The notes beneath the pieces were generated by a model, which worked only from the letters and a program-made list of their open reading frames with translations, was not told the DNA's origin and ran no database searches. Shown here piece after piece: positions 33,522 to 43,841 of a stretch of 64,000 bases of DNA (the stretch's first letter is position 1; each line of letters begins with the position of its first letter). The translations under genes and the position numbers were made by a program. This DNA comes from Nitrospirota bacterium. GTDB lineage: Bacteria > Nitrospirota > UBA9217. The DNA is taken from positions 480,001-544,000 of the forward strand of contig CAVWHO010000016.1 in NCBI GenBank assembly GCA_963754875.1, in the 5' to 3' direction.

Positions 33522-34229
33522 ATGCCTGAAGAAAAAGAACTCATACTACTGATTGAAGACGAACCGCAGATGCGGCGCTTCCTGCGGATAACGCTCCAGA
33601 GCCAGAGGTATCGTTTCGTCGAAGCAGCCACGGCCCGGGAAGGCCTCATGCAGGCGACGACACGGAATCCTGATGTCGTGCTCCTCGACCTCGGTCTGCC
33701 GGACCTCGACGGCCTCGAAGTGACCAAACGATTGCGCGAATGGTCGCAAACTCCGATCATCGTCATATCCGCACGCGAGCAGGAGCAGGACAAAGTCAGG
33801 GCGCTCGATGCCGGAGCAGACGATTATCTGACAAAGCCGTTTAGTGCAGGCGAACTGCTCGCGAGAATCCGTGTGGCATTGCGGCATGTGGCAAAACAAA
33901 ACACTGATCAGAACGAACCGGTCTTTACCCTCCGTAATTTGCGGGTAGATCTGGCCCTGCGGCAAGTATTCGTGGCCGATACGGAAGTGCACCTCACGCC
34001 AATTGAGTACAAACTACTGATGGTGCTGGTCCGCCACGCAGGCAAGGTCATTACCCATACGCAGCTGCTGAAGGAAGTATGGGGGCCTGCCCATGTGAAC
34101 GAGGTCCAGTACTTGCGTGTTTACATGACACAACTGAGGCATAAACTGGAAGCGGACCCGGCACGTCCTCAGTTTCTCATGAATGAGCCGGGAATCGGCT
34201 ACCGCTTGAAGTACGAACCTGAGGAGTAA
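33522..34229 (+). CDS. kdpE: Response regulator KdpE (OmpR family)
   Basis: LLDLGLPDLDG, ALDAGADDYLTKPF, YLRVYMTQLRHKLE; follows kdpD. Confidence 0.96.
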   Translation: MPEEKELILLIEDEPQMRRFLRITLQSQRYRFVEAATAREGLMQATTRNPDVVLLDLGLPDLDGLEVTKRLREWSQTPIIVISAREQEQDKVRALDAGADDYLTKPFSAGELLARIRVALRHVAKQNTDQNEPVFTLRNLRVDLALRQVFVADTEVHLTPIEYKLLMVLVRHAGKVITHTQLLKEVWGPAHVNEVQYLRVYMTQLRHKLEADPARPQFLMNEPGIGYRLKYEPEE

Positions 34230-34399
34230 CGCTGGACGCAGACGGGACGGTGCGGGCAGAAACCGGGAATGATCATTTTTTAGACATGTGTATAAAAAAG
34301 TGTCAAAAATTATCGATAAAAAACAGTGTTCGTACGTTTTATTATGAGCAACAGCAGTAAAATTAGGTTATTACGTATTGAAAACCTAGCTGCTTGCAT

Positions 34400-34415
34400 T
34401 GGCAGGGTCCTTGCT
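34400..34415 (+). promoter_or_regulatory. Sigma54 (-24/-12) promoter upstream of the KimA-like transporter
   Basis: TGGCA-GGGTCC-TTGCT, exact consensus spacing, about 90 bp before the ATG, preceded by an AT-rich tract. Confidence 0.7.
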
Positions 34416-34506
34416 TTATAATGGCCCGTCGAACAGCAGCACAAATGAAAGAGGCGGTTGGGCATTCTATTCAACTGCATGAATTCTTCCGCTGAGACCG
34501 TATTAT

Positions 34507-36507
34507 ATGAACCAGCCAACCAAACCCTCAATCGTCAATCGAATCAAGACCATCATCTTCGGCGGTAAGCATGACCTCGATGACACGTCGCTCTTTCACA
34601 AGCTTTCCCTCATCGCTTTCTTCGCATGGGTGGGCCTGGGCGCCGACGGTCTTTCCTCATCCTGCTACGGACCGGAAGAGACCTTTCTCGCCCTCGGTAA
34701 CCATCTGCACCTGAGCATTTTCGTTGCGCTCATGTCCGGCCTCACGGTAATCGTCATCGCAACAAGCTATTCACAGATCATCGAGCTCTTCCCTACGGGC
34801 GGAGGCGGCTACCTCGTAGCAAGCAAGCTGCTCTCACCTACTGCGGGGATGGTGTCGGGCTCGGCGCTCCTGATCGACTATGTTCTCACGATCACCATAT
34901 CAGTGGCCAGCGGTGCGGACGCCCTGTTCAGTTTTCTTCCCCCTGCCTGGCTTGCATACAAGCTTCCCTTCGCCCTCACGGGCGTCCTTCTGCTGACGGT
35001 CATGAACATGCGCGGGGTGAAGGAATCGGTCCTGCCCCTGGTGCCCATCTTCCTCACCTTTGTTTTCACCCACGCCTTTATCATCGGCTATGCGCTGCTC
35101 ACAAACGCCGGACATTTCAGCGAACTGGTCAGCACCACGCGGGCCGAGGTCGCCCGGTCGCACGCGGAGCTCGGCATGGGCGGCATGATCTTCCTGCTCC
35201 TCCGGGCCTACAGCATGGGCGCCGGCACGTACACGGGGATCGAGGCGGTGAGCAACGGCCTCCCGATCCTGCGCGAGCCGAAGGTGCAGACCGGCAAAAG
35301 GACTATGCGGTACATGGCAATCTCCCTCGCCGTCACGGTCATGGGCCTGATCATTTCGTATCTCCTCTTCGGGGCGAAGCCGCACGAGGGGAAAACCCTT
35401 AACGCGGTCCTGTTCGAGACCATGACTCGGGGCTGGGGCAAGGGAGGTACCATCTTCGTGCTTGTTGCACTCCTCTCCGAAGCGGCGCTCCTGTTCATCG
35501 CGGCCCAGGCGGGTTTTCTCGACGGTCCGCGCGTGCTTTCGAACATGGCGCTCGACCGCTGGTTCCCGACCAAATTTTCCATGCTCTCCGATCGCCTCGT
35601 GACGCAGAAAGGGATCCTGATGATGGGCGGCGCGGCCCTCGTCACGATGGTCCTTACCGGAGGTTCGGTGAAGTATCTCGTCGTCCTGTACAGCATCAAC
35701 GTGTTTATCACCTTCTTCCTTTCCCAGCTCGGCATGGTACGTCACTGGTGGACGGAGCGCGGCAAGGAAGTCCACTGGGAGAAAAAACTGTTTATCAACG
35801 GTCTCGGCATGACGTTGACCCTGTTCATCCTCCTGACCGTGATCATTCTCAAGTTCTTCGACGGCGGCTGGATCACCATTCTCCTTACGGGAACGCTGGT
35901 CGGTATCGCGCTCCTGACGCAACGTCATTACCGCAACACTTATCGCATTCTTCACCGGCTTGATGAGCTGGTGAAAGTAGCCGAGGCGTCCTGCCCCACA
36001 CTGCCGGAGGAGCAGAAGCCGGATAAGGAATCGAAGATAAAATACGACCCCCAGAACAAGACCGCCATCCTGCTCGTGAACGGCTTTAACGGACTCGGCC
36101 TCCATACGCTCTTCAGCATCATCCGGCTGTTCGGAGGCACGTTCAAAAACTTTGTCTTCATCCAGGTCGGCGTTGTTGACGCGGGGAACTTCAAGGGTGC
36201 TGACGAGATGTCCCACATGAAGGAAAACGTAAGAAAAGAGCTTGACCGCTATGTGCACTACATGCGGTGCCACGGGTATTATGCGGCAGGCTATTCGTCT
36301 TTCGGCACCGACGTGGTCGAAGAGATCGCCCATCTTACACCCGAGATACTGGAAAAGTTCCCCAACGCGATCCTCTTCGGCGGTCAGCTCGTATTTCCCA
36401 GGACGACGTTCCTGTCCGGTATGTTTCACAACTATACGATTTTCGCCGTTCAGAGACGTTTTTATAATGAAGGGATCCCCGTCGTCATCCTCCCGATCCG
36501 GGTATAG
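34507..36507 (+). CDS. APC-fold K+/H+ symporter, KimA (YdaO)-like
   Basis: About 12 TM helices plus a cytoplasmic C-domain. GADGLSSSCYGPEE, LLIDYVLT and TGIEAVSNG match the KimA D/Y/E K+-site motifs; adjacent to kdpDE. Confidence 0.8.
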   Translation: MNQPTKPSIVNRIKTIIFGGKHDLDDTSLFHKLSLIAFFAWVGLGADGLSSSCYGPEETFLALGNHLHLSIFVALMSGLTVIVIATSYSQIIELFPTGGGGYLVASKLLSPTAGMVSGSALLIDYVLTITISVASGADALFSFLPPAWLAYKLPFALTGVLLLTVMNMRGVKESVLPLVPIFLTFVFTHAFIIGYALLTNAGHFSELVSTTRAEVARSHAELGMGGMIFLLLRAYSMGAGTYTGIEAVSNGLPILREPKVQTGKRTMRYMAISLAVTVMGLIISYLLFGAKPHEGKTLNAVLFETMTRGWGKGGTIFVLVALLSEAALLFIAAQAGFLDGPRVLSNMALDRWFPTKFSMLSDRLVTQKGILMMGGAALVTMVLTGGSVKYLVVLYSINVFITFFLSQLGMVRHWWTERGKEVHWEKKLFINGLGMTLTLFILLTVIILKFFDGGWITILLTGTLVGIALLTQRHYRNTYRILHRLDELVKVAEASCPTLPEEQKPDKESKIKYDPQNKTAILLVNGFNGLGLHTLFSIIRLFGGTFKNFVFIQVGVVDAGNFKGADEMSHMKENVRKELDRYVHYMRCHGYYAAGYSSFGTDVVEEIAHLTPEILEKFPNAILFGGQLVFPRTTFLSGMFHNYTIFAVQRRFYNEGIPVVILPIRV

Positions 36508-36802
36508 TTTTACTGGGACGGAATGCCGTACGCGCCCTCGGGGCGGCCTTTCTCCGGGCTCTTTTTCATTGACCCCTTGACGCCCCCGGTATAGTATTGT
36601 TCCATGATGTTCTTCCTCCCAGTCTTCATAACAAATTTCTGGTTTTCGGCGCAGGAAACGAGGACAAACTTGAAGAGCGAACCGCTGGCTGTTGCCGAGA
36701 GAGACTATAAGAAGGGAACCGCTCGGTCACGGCCACGCTTCTCGGCACTGTCCGGCCCACGCTCCTGGAGAAATTGAAAAAGTACGGAATTGAGGATCAG
36801 GC

Positions 36803-37567
36803 ATGAAGAAACGAACATTGACGTCGCTCGGCAGTATTTTGCTGTTTTTGCTTCTCGACATCGCTCCTGTATCTGCACACCCTGTTGCGGAAGGGCCCGG
36901 CACCCCGGTCATCGAACACGGGCCGAGAAGCTCGAAGATGGTGGCCCTGACGTTCGACGCCTGCCCGACAAGACGTGCGGACGAATATGATGAAGGAGTG
37001 GTCGGGGTCCTGCTCCGTGAAAACGTGCCTGCCACGCTGTTCATGAGCGGCCGGTGGGTGGAAAAAAATCAGGACAAGGCGAAGTTCCTCGCAGACCATC
37101 CGCAGTTCGAGATTGCGGCCCACAGCTACTACCACCCGCACCTGCTTGAGAAAGACAACGACCGGGTCCTCCGAGAGATGAAGCGGACGCAGGCGATTAT
37201 CAAGAAGGCGACCGGCAGAACGCCGAAATATTTCCGGCCGCCGTTCGGCGAAGTGGACGAACGCGTGGCAGCGATAGCGAAAGCAGCGGGGCTGACGACC
37301 ATACAGTACGATATTGCTTCAGGCGACCCCGATCCCGGGCTTTCTCCGCAGAGGATCGTGCGGGTTGTGGTCCGCGAAGCAAAAGGCGGCAGCATCATCG
37401 TGTTTCACATGAACCGGAACGGCGTGCACACTGCAGAAATTCTGCCGGAGGTCATTCGGCAGTTGCGCCAGAAAGGATTTGTGCTGGTCACGGTCGGAGA
37501 GATGCTGAAGGAAGCCAAAGGTGATGTGAGAACCACGGGAACGCGGAGTCACGGAGAAAAATCGTGA
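36803..37567 (+). CDS. Exported polysaccharide deacetylase (CE4/NodB family)
   Basis: Signal peptide, ALTFDAC, HSYYHPHL, YFRPPFG, GSIIVFH. Confidence 0.9.
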   Translation: MKKRTLTSLGSILLFLLLDIAPVSAHPVAEGPGTPVIEHGPRSSKMVALTFDACPTRRADEYDEGVVGVLLRENVPATLFMSGRWVEKNQDKAKFLADHPQFEIAAHSYYHPHLLEKDNDRVLREMKRTQAIIKKATGRTPKYFRPPFGEVDERVAAIAKAAGLTTIQYDIASGDPDPGLSPQRIVRVVVREAKGGSIIVFHMNRNGVHTAEILPEVIRQLRQKGFVLVTVGEMLKEAKGDVRTTGTRSHGEKS

Positions 37568-37654
37568 GTCGGAGCCGGGGTGAATGGAAAACCGGAGAAG
37601 GAGCACCGCCTGTTAGCCACTTCCCCGGTTCCCTAAAACTTTTTCTCGCGGTCG

Positions 37655-38134
37655 TTATTTCACGAGACCGGCCCGGTATGAATCGAGCCACCGAATATGG
37701 CTCTTTTCTTCGTTGATGACCTCATCAACGACGCCTTTTTCTTTCACGATCGACCTGAGCTCCATGAAGTAGAGCAGCGTCTCTTTTTCAAACCCGATCG
37801 CGAACTTCACAGCGTCGTTCACCGTCCTCAGGTGCTCCAGGGTAGGAAGCGCCTTGCCCTTGCCGAGGAAGAACTCCGATTCCACAAAGGCGCGCATGTA
37901 ATTGCTCACCTCTTCCCACTGGACCGGTTCGCTCACGCCGCTCTTCGCAACTGAGTCCCTCAGTCCGGTAAAGGTCTTCTCGTGATTTTTTTCCTTGCTG
38001 GCCAGCGTGGTGAAGAGCTTGGCCAGGCCGTCATCTTTCTTGAATTTCTCCGCCATGCTGGTATAAAACTGAAACCCGAGCTTTTCCGCCTGGACCGCCA
38101 TCTCCATGACTTCGTCGATCGAATACTTGCCCAT
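37655..38134 (-). CDS. Rubrerythrin-like ferritin family protein
   Basis: E...FY...EKNH and FEKETLLYF...EEKSH di-iron motifs; SD GGAG before ATG 38134. Confidence 0.85.
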   Translation of the reverse strand: MGKYSIDEVMEMAVQAEKLGFQFYTSMAEKFKKDDGLAKLFTTLASKEKNHEKTFTGLRDSVAKSGVSEPVQWEEVSNYMRAFVESEFFLGKGKALPTLEHLRTVNDAVKFAIGFEKETLLYFMELRSIVKEKGVVDEVINEEKSHIRWLDSYRAGLVK

Positions 38135-38389
38135 GATTATCTCCCTTGCGAACGCAGAATGTAGGTGGAATGATTTGGCGAAGGTAATTCGCCGCGCGCT
38201 ACTGTTAAAAAGATAGCCTGTTCTGCACCACGTGTCAACCCCTCTTGTCATTTCATTTTTTAGATGTAACCACTGGCGACGTTGTCGCACACGGTACGGA
38301 CAAATCGAAGAAACGGGCTTATGATTTTTGCGTTTTTCTGTGTGTTCTGCGAAGCAGAACCCGTGGTTACAGCAGCGGTTGTCTTGCGC

Positions 38390-39214
38390 TTATTCGAAAT
38401 CGAACTGCATCATCGCTATCGCGCCTTCTTTGGACGGTTCGATAAACACCAGGGCGTGCCGCGGATTGTCAAGACCGAGAAAGGCATCGGTCAAAAACAC
38501 TCCGAAGAAGTGGCCGATGGCGATCCCGGCAAGCACGTCGGAAGGATAATGCTTATCAGCCTCGACCCGGGCCCAGGCAGTTGCTGCGGTCAAGGCGCCG
38601 AGTCCGATCTGGGCCGCAGTCGTCTCACCCGCTGACCAGGAAAGCGCTTCGATATTCCGGGATGCGGCAGTCGCGAAAAATGCAGCGCCGGCACTATGTC
38701 CCGACGGGAAACTCTGGTTATCGGAACCGTCCGGCCGTCTTCGGTGCGCCGTGTTTTTAAGGACCTCAACCGTTCCGAGCGTCACCGCACCCGCTGCGCC
38801 CTCGACACCGAACCCTTTGGACTTCGCTTCGAGCCAGTCCGCGCTGCCATCGCCGCTCGGCGCAGCCACTCCTGATGCGGCCCAGACAGCACCTGAGGCA
38901 TCGAGCAAGGCGTTGCTCATCTGGTCTGCATTGTGCTGGGACCCGAACACAGGCGTATGTCTCGAAGCCGACTCGGATACGTTCTTGTCCGCGTGATCCG
39001 CCTGGAAGGCAAGTGCAGCCGCAGCCGGCGCCCACGTCTCAGGAGCAGCAGCCGCATTCCACGCTGCCTGCCTGATGCGGTCCCAGCCCGGCGACAACGT
39101 CGCGTCCTGTCCCCATCCGCGGCCGTTCGAAAGCGTTCCGCAGGCGGGAAGGAAGCTTGAAAAAAATACAACTAGTATAAAAACTCTTGTAGAGAAGAAA
39201 TTTTTTTTTGGCAC
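38390..39214 (-). CDS. PAP2 family phosphatase, probable lipoprotein
   Basis: K...RRRP, SFPSGH and ARVEADKHYPSDV (C1-C3 motifs); LPAC lipobox-like sequence after the GTG start. Confidence 0.85.
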   Translation of the reverse strand: MPKKNFFSTRVFILVVFFSSFLPACGTLSNGRGWGQDATLSPGWDRIRQAAWNAAAAPETWAPAAAALAFQADHADKNVSESASRHTPVFGSQHNADQMSNALLDASGAVWAASGVAAPSGDGSADWLEAKSKGFGVEGAAGAVTLGTVEVLKNTAHRRRPDGSDNQSFPSGHSAGAAFFATAASRNIEALSWSAGETTAAQIGLGALTAATAWARVEADKHYPSDVLAGIAIGHFFGVFLTDAFLGLDNPRHALVFIEPSKEGAIAMMQFDFE

Positions 39215-39357
39215 CGGAACGAGTCCCCCGCGGATAGATGTCTGCTTTTGATACGGCCAACTATAACATAAATCGAAGGCCTCATACAGCATTTTTCAAA
39301 GGGAGGTTATGGTGAGGTGAGACAGACTGTAGGGAAAAGACAATCTTGCGAAGGCCG

Positions 39358-40530
39358 TCAGTGCCGTAGGTGCGCGTCTTCTCCCTTCATTTTTTCGAAG
39401 GCTCCTACGACGAAGGGCACAAGCAGGATAAGTCCGGCCAGTGCAGTAACGCCGCTCCACCCGCTCCTGACAAAAGCCGCGCCGCTCAGCGTGATGCCGA
39501 TCGCTCCGCCTAAATAGTAGAACAGGACGTACAGGGAATTCGCGCGGCCTTGTCCGGAAGTCAGGGTCCTATTGAGCGAACCGACCGCAGCAGCGTGAAT
39601 CATGAAAAAGCCCGCGCAGATCCCTGCAAGACTGACTGCGATGATGGGGAGGGACGCGATGAGTGTTAAGGCGAGGAAGAGCGAGAAAATCACGGCGCCG
39701 AGCGCCAGGGTCGTTCCGTTTCCGATCCGGTTGCTGATTTTTCCTGTTAAAGGACCGATTGCGATCCCGATGATGTAGGCGAGGTACATCATCGTGATCA
39801 CTTGAACAGGGGCGTGAAACTCCGGTCCGGCGAGGTAGAACGGCAGGAAGTTGAAGATTGACGAGAACGAGAAAAAGGCGCTGAACGCGACCAGGTACAT
39901 CCGGAGCAGTTCTTTTCGCATGAGCAGCTTCAAAAAACTGACGGGTCGGGCTTCCTGTTTAGGAGCAGGTGACTCGGAAGGAAGCGCGTAGATCGCAAAG
40001 AAGGTCGCAGTAAGAAGCAGGAGCGAGGCGCTCACGAACGCGTATCGCCAATGCAAGGGAGGATGTATCCACCCGCCGAGAAGCCGGCCAGCCAGTCCCC
40101 CGGCCACGGTCGCAGAAACGTATGAACCCATGACCGTGTTCAGGCGTTCTCGGGGAAGGCTCCTTGCGAGATAGGCAGCGAGGCAGGTCGTAAGCGCGGG
40201 GATGAAAAGACCCTGGATGAAGCGTACAGCGATCAAGAGCCAGAGATTGGTGATCACGGCGCATAATAAGCCGCACAGGCTGACGACGATACCGCCGATA
40301 AGGATGATGGGCTTGATCGCGTAGCGGTCTGCAAGCATGCCGAAAGGGAGATTGGCAAGAGCGATGCCGAGAATGACCGACGAGATGGTAAGCGAGGTCC
40401 TGGTCTCTTCAGCTCCGAATTCTTTCTGCAGTACCGGCAGAACGGGCTGGGTGATATAGATGTTGGCAAAGCCCGCCATGACCAGGAAGAAAACCAGGAA
40501 TTGCAGATTTAGGGATCCGGAATTTTTCAT
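39358..40530 (-). CDS. MFS transporter (YnfM-like)
   Basis: About 12 TM helices, IYITQPVLP, GMLADRYAIK, ANSLYVLFYYLGG. Confidence 0.9.
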   Translation of the reverse strand: MKNSGSLNLQFLVFFLVMAGFANIYITQPVLPVLQKEFGAEETRTSLTISSVILGIALANLPFGMLADRYAIKPIILIGGIVVSLCGLLCAVITNLWLLIAVRFIQGLFIPALTTCLAAYLARSLPRERLNTVMGSYVSATVAGGLAGRLLGGWIHPPLHWRYAFVSASLLLLTATFFAIYALPSESPAPKQEARPVSFLKLLMRKELLRMYLVAFSAFFSFSSIFNFLPFYLAGPEFHAPVQVITMMYLAYIIGIAIGPLTGKISNRIGNGTTLALGAVIFSLFLALTLIASLPIIAVSLAGICAGFFMIHAAAVGSLNRTLTSGQGRANSLYVLFYYLGGAIGITLSGAAFVRSGWSGVTALAGLILLVPFVVGAFEKMKGEDAHLRH

Positions 40531-40613
40531 GGGCTAGGGTTCGCTTTCCGGCGGAGGGAGCTTTCAGAGACGCCTCAGACCAATGAAGCGTGGAATGCAA
40601 AATGATAAAATAT

Positions 40614-40730
40614 CCCACGCAAGGGCGCAAAGGAGAACTTTACGTCTTGATCTTGATTTAAAAAGAACGAATTGTTTAGCCTCTCCTTGCGAGGTTGGCG
40701 TTGCGCGAAAATGCTTTGATCTTGATTTGG
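40614..40730. repeat. CACGCAAGGGCGCAAAG...CTTGCG...TTGCGCG inverted repeat with duplicated TTGATCTTGATTT
   Basis: Arms at about 40616-40632 and 40686-40707; direct copies of ttgatcttgattt near 40646 and 40716. Confidence 0.6.
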
Positions 40731-40762
40731 CTCCAATAATAATTGCAGTGATTCGGGGACTA

Positions 40763-41713
40763 TCAGGACGACCGGACCGTGGACCTGCGCAGCTCAACGT
40801 AATGCGCAGCAGCCAGCGCACCTATGCATCCGTCGGCAGCCGCAACCACGATCTGGTTGGCAAACTTCTGACGCACGTCACCCACAGCAAAGATCCCCGG
40901 AACGCTCGTCTCGCATTTCTCATCGGTAATCACAAAACCCAGGTCGTTTATCCGGACCGCCGAAGGGATCAACTGATTGTTCGGAGAATAACCGATAAAA
41001 ATAAAAACTCCATTCGTGGGAAGGTCTCTCCGCGCTCCCGTTTCAATATTTTTCAGCGAAACCCCCTCAACCACTTTCCCGTTTCCCTTGATTTCCGTAA
41101 TGATCGTGTTCCAGATCACTTCTATTCCGTGCTCAGCGGTGAGCCGGGACTGGAGCAGCTTGTTCGCCCTAAACGTATTTCTCCGGTGCACGAGAAAGAC
41201 TTTTTTTGCAAGACGCGAAAGATACAGCGACTCCTCCACGGCAGTGTCGCCGCCTCCCACGACAACGACGGTCTTGTCCCTGAAAAAAAAACCGTCACAG
41301 GTGCCGCAATAGGAAACACCGCTTCCCAAATATTCCGCTTCGCCGGGAATGCCGAGCTTTCGCGCGGTCCCGCCCAATGCCAGGATCAGTGCAACGGTCT
41401 GCAGCAGCTCTCCGTTCACCAGCCGGACCGAATGAAGATCCGGGCCTGCGTTTACCGAGGCAACTTCCTGCTGGACAATGTTCAGGCCGAACGTCTGGAC
41501 GTGATGGACCAGCTTCTCCGCCAGGTCAAATCCGGTTATGCCTTCCATCCCTGGATAGTTTTCCACGTCCTTTGATATGGCAATCTGTCCGCCCAGCAGT
41601 CCTTTCTCTAAAAGGATTGTTTTCAGCGCGGCCCTTTTACAATAGAGCCCCGCGGCCAGACCGGCAGGTCCTCCGCCTACAATGATGACCTCGTTAATTT
41701 CCCGGTTCGCCAT
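40763..41713 (-). CDS. trxB: Thioredoxin-disulfide reductase
   Basis: GGGPAGLAA, VENYPG, GVSYCGTCDG (CxxC), GGGDTAVEE, TSVPGIFAVGD. Confidence 0.93.
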   Translation of the reverse strand: MANREINEVIIVGGGPAGLAAGLYCKRAALKTILLEKGLLGGQIAISKDVENYPGMEGITGFDLAEKLVHHVQTFGLNIVQQEVASVNAGPDLHSVRLVNGELLQTVALILALGGTARKLGIPGEAEYLGSGVSYCGTCDGFFFRDKTVVVVGGGDTAVEESLYLSRLAKKVFLVHRRNTFRANKLLQSRLTAEHGIEVIWNTIITEIKGNGKVVEGVSLKNIETGARRDLPTNGVFIFIGYSPNNQLIPSAVRINDLGFVITDEKCETSVPGIFAVGDVRQKFANQIVVAAADGCIGALAAAHYVELRRSTVRSS

Positions 41714-41974
41714 GACACCTCTCCGAATTATCAGAAGAACTTGCACTTCGAGAGCAACTATCAGCACTCAGGCCCAAGTTTTTTCGGCCATAGTTCTATT
41801 GTACCAAAAGTGGAGCCGGCATGAGCAGCGAGAGCGGCAGAAAGAACCGTGAAGCCCGGGCGATGAATCCCTCGGTCGGAAGTTATCGTTTAACCACCTG
41901 TTTTCTAATAACTTGACTCCCGTTTCCATACCGGGTAATATGTCTTTTTCCCGGGGAATTTTCCCCTTGCCTAC

Positions 41975-42511
41975 ATGATGAAACGACGTCAACATATCTT
42001 CGCGGTCCTGGCCGTCATTGTATCTTTGCTCATCGGCTACGTTCTCTCCGTAAAAATGCAGGGAAATTTCCACACCATTACACCTGCGGAAGCATACCGC
42101 TCAGGCCAGCTCGGCAACAACAAACTGGCAGAGTATGTAAAGCAATACAATATCAGGAGCGTTCTGAACTTGCGCGGCAAACACGCGGGCGAGAGCTGGT
42201 ACGAAGACGAAGTGGCGATGAGTGCCAAACTGGATCTGACCCATTACGACGTCAGTCTCAGCTCGGACCATGAACTGACCGAGAGCGAGGTCCACCAACT
42301 GATCGATATTTTCCATACGGCCCCGCGCCCGATTCTGATCCATTGCCAGGCTGGTGCAGACAGATCAGGGCTGGTTGCTGCAATGTGGAGAGTGGTCATG
42401 GACAAAGAGCCGAAGGACAGGGCGGCACAACAGCTCTCCCTCTGGTACGGCCACATTCCGATCGGTAGCACTCGTGCCATGGACCGTTTTTTTGAAAAAT
42501 GGAACCCCTGA
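41975..42511 (+). CDS. Membrane-anchored protein-tyrosine/dual-specificity family phosphatase
   Basis: N-terminal hydrophobic helix, YRSGQ, VLNLRG, HCQAGADRSG (CX5R). Confidence 0.88.
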   Translation: MMKRRQHIFAVLAVIVSLLIGYVLSVKMQGNFHTITPAEAYRSGQLGNNKLAEYVKQYNIRSVLNLRGKHAGESWYEDEVAMSAKLDLTHYDVSLSSDHELTESEVHQLIDIFHTAPRPILIHCQAGADRSGLVAAMWRVVMDKEPKDRAAQQLSLWYGHIPIGSTRAMDRFFEKWNP

Positions 42512-42617
42512 CCCGGATAAGACCGGCGAAGCTTTTAACCGCGGAGATCACAGAGACCGCGGAGGGGATCAAAAGAACCGGTTTTGATTTTTTCGTAATG
42601 TACGATAGGAGTAATCC

Positions 42618-43841
42618 ATGAAAGTCGACACGATGCGGAACGTGGACTATTATGCCGGCGTACCGCTCTGCTTTGCCTTAACAGTTATTAAAAAAATCTT
42701 TTCTTTTTTTTCCTCCAAGGGGACAGGCCCCAGGCCGGCAAACATTTTACTGATCGAGATGTCGGAAATGGGGAGCACTATTCTGGCGGACCCGGCGATG
42801 CGAAAACTGAAGCGCGTCCTGAACGCCAACCTCTACTTCGCGATCTTCAGGAAAAACAGCCCCAGCCTGGAACTCCTCGGAACGGTCCCGAAAGAAAACA
42901 TCTATACCATTGACGACAGCGGTCTCCTGCCTCTCGCATCGGACGCCTTCAAGTTCCTCTTCTGGACGCGCAGAAATCGGATCGACGCGGTCATTGACAT
43001 GGAACTGTTCTCCCGTTTTACCGCTCTTTTGACAGGTCTGTCCGGCGCAAAAAAGACCGTGGGTTTCCATGCGTTCTTTAACGAGGGGCTGTACCGCGGA
43101 GATTTGCTGACCCATAAAGTCGCCTACAATCCCCACCTGCATATCTCGAAGAACTTCATCGCACTCGCCAATGCACTCATCAGCGACAAAGCCGAGTTGC
43201 CTTTTTCGAAGACACATATCTCAGATGGTGAGATGACGCTGCCGAAAGTCAGCGTCGACGAAGGAGCAAAAGGGACGATCCGCCGAAAAATCAAAGGCGC
43301 CTGTCCTGATTACGACGAAGGCAGACACAGGATCGTTCTTTTTAATGCCAATGCTTCCGAGCTGTTGCCGATCCGCCGCTGGCCGCAGGAAAACTACATC
43401 TCACTGGTCCGGATGATCCTCGAGCACTACCCGAACGTCGTCATCCTGCTCACGGGTGGCAAGAGCGAGCGGCACGGGCTGGAAGCCATCACGAGTGCCG
43501 TTCAAAGCGATCGCTGCGTCAACTTTGCAGGCCACACGAGCCTGTCCGATTTGCCCGCTCTCTACTCGGTGGGCGCCTTCATGCTCAGCAATGATTCCGG
43601 ACCGCCTCACTTTGCCTCGGTGACCGACATGCCTACGTTCGTATTTTTCGGGCCCGAGACCCCGAAGCTCTACGGACCGCTGGGCAATGCCACACCGATT
43701 TATGCCGGCCTGGCCTGTTCGCCCTGCGTCTCCGCGGCAAACCATCGCAAGACCGCGTGTACGGATAATGTTTGCCTGCAAGTCATTACGCCTGAACAGG
43801 TCTTCGACATTCTCAGGCCTAAACTCGAAGAGATAAAATGA
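42618..43841 (+). CDS. Glycosyltransferase family 9 (heptosyltransferase-like)
   Basis: SEMGSTIL, RRWPQENY, NFAGHTSL, SNDSGPPHFA, FFGPETP, CSPC...C...C. Confidence 0.88.
   Translation: MKVDTMRNVDYYAGVPLCFALTVIKKIFSFFSSKGTGPRPANILLIEMSEMGSTILADPAMRKLKRVLNANLYFAIFRKNSPSLELLGTVPKENIYTIDDSGLLPLASDAFKFLFWTRRNRIDAVIDMELFSRFTALLTGLSGAKKTVGFHAFFNEGLYRGDLLTHKVAYNPHLHISKNFIALANALISDKAELPFSKTHISDGEMTLPKVSVDEGAKGTIRRKIKGACPDYDEGRHRIVLFNANASELLPIRRWPQENYISLVRMILEHYPNVVILLTGGKSERHGLEAITSAVQSDRCVNFAGHTSLSDLPALYSVGAFMLSNDSGPPHFASVTDMPTFVFFGPETPKLYGPLGNATPIYAGLACSPCVSAANHRKTACTDNVCLQVITPEQVFDILRPKLEEIK

Noticed and set aside
34230..34506. c-di-AMP (ydaO) riboswitch upstream of the KimA-like gene
   Set aside because: The conserved GCTGAA...GGGGAA core and paired stems are not recognisable by eye; an Infernal scan would settle it.
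36604..36777. Possible leaderless small ORF after the KimA-like gene
   Set aside because: A promoter-like sequence precedes it, but the peptide has no recognisable features; it may simply be the 5' UTR of the deacetylase gene.
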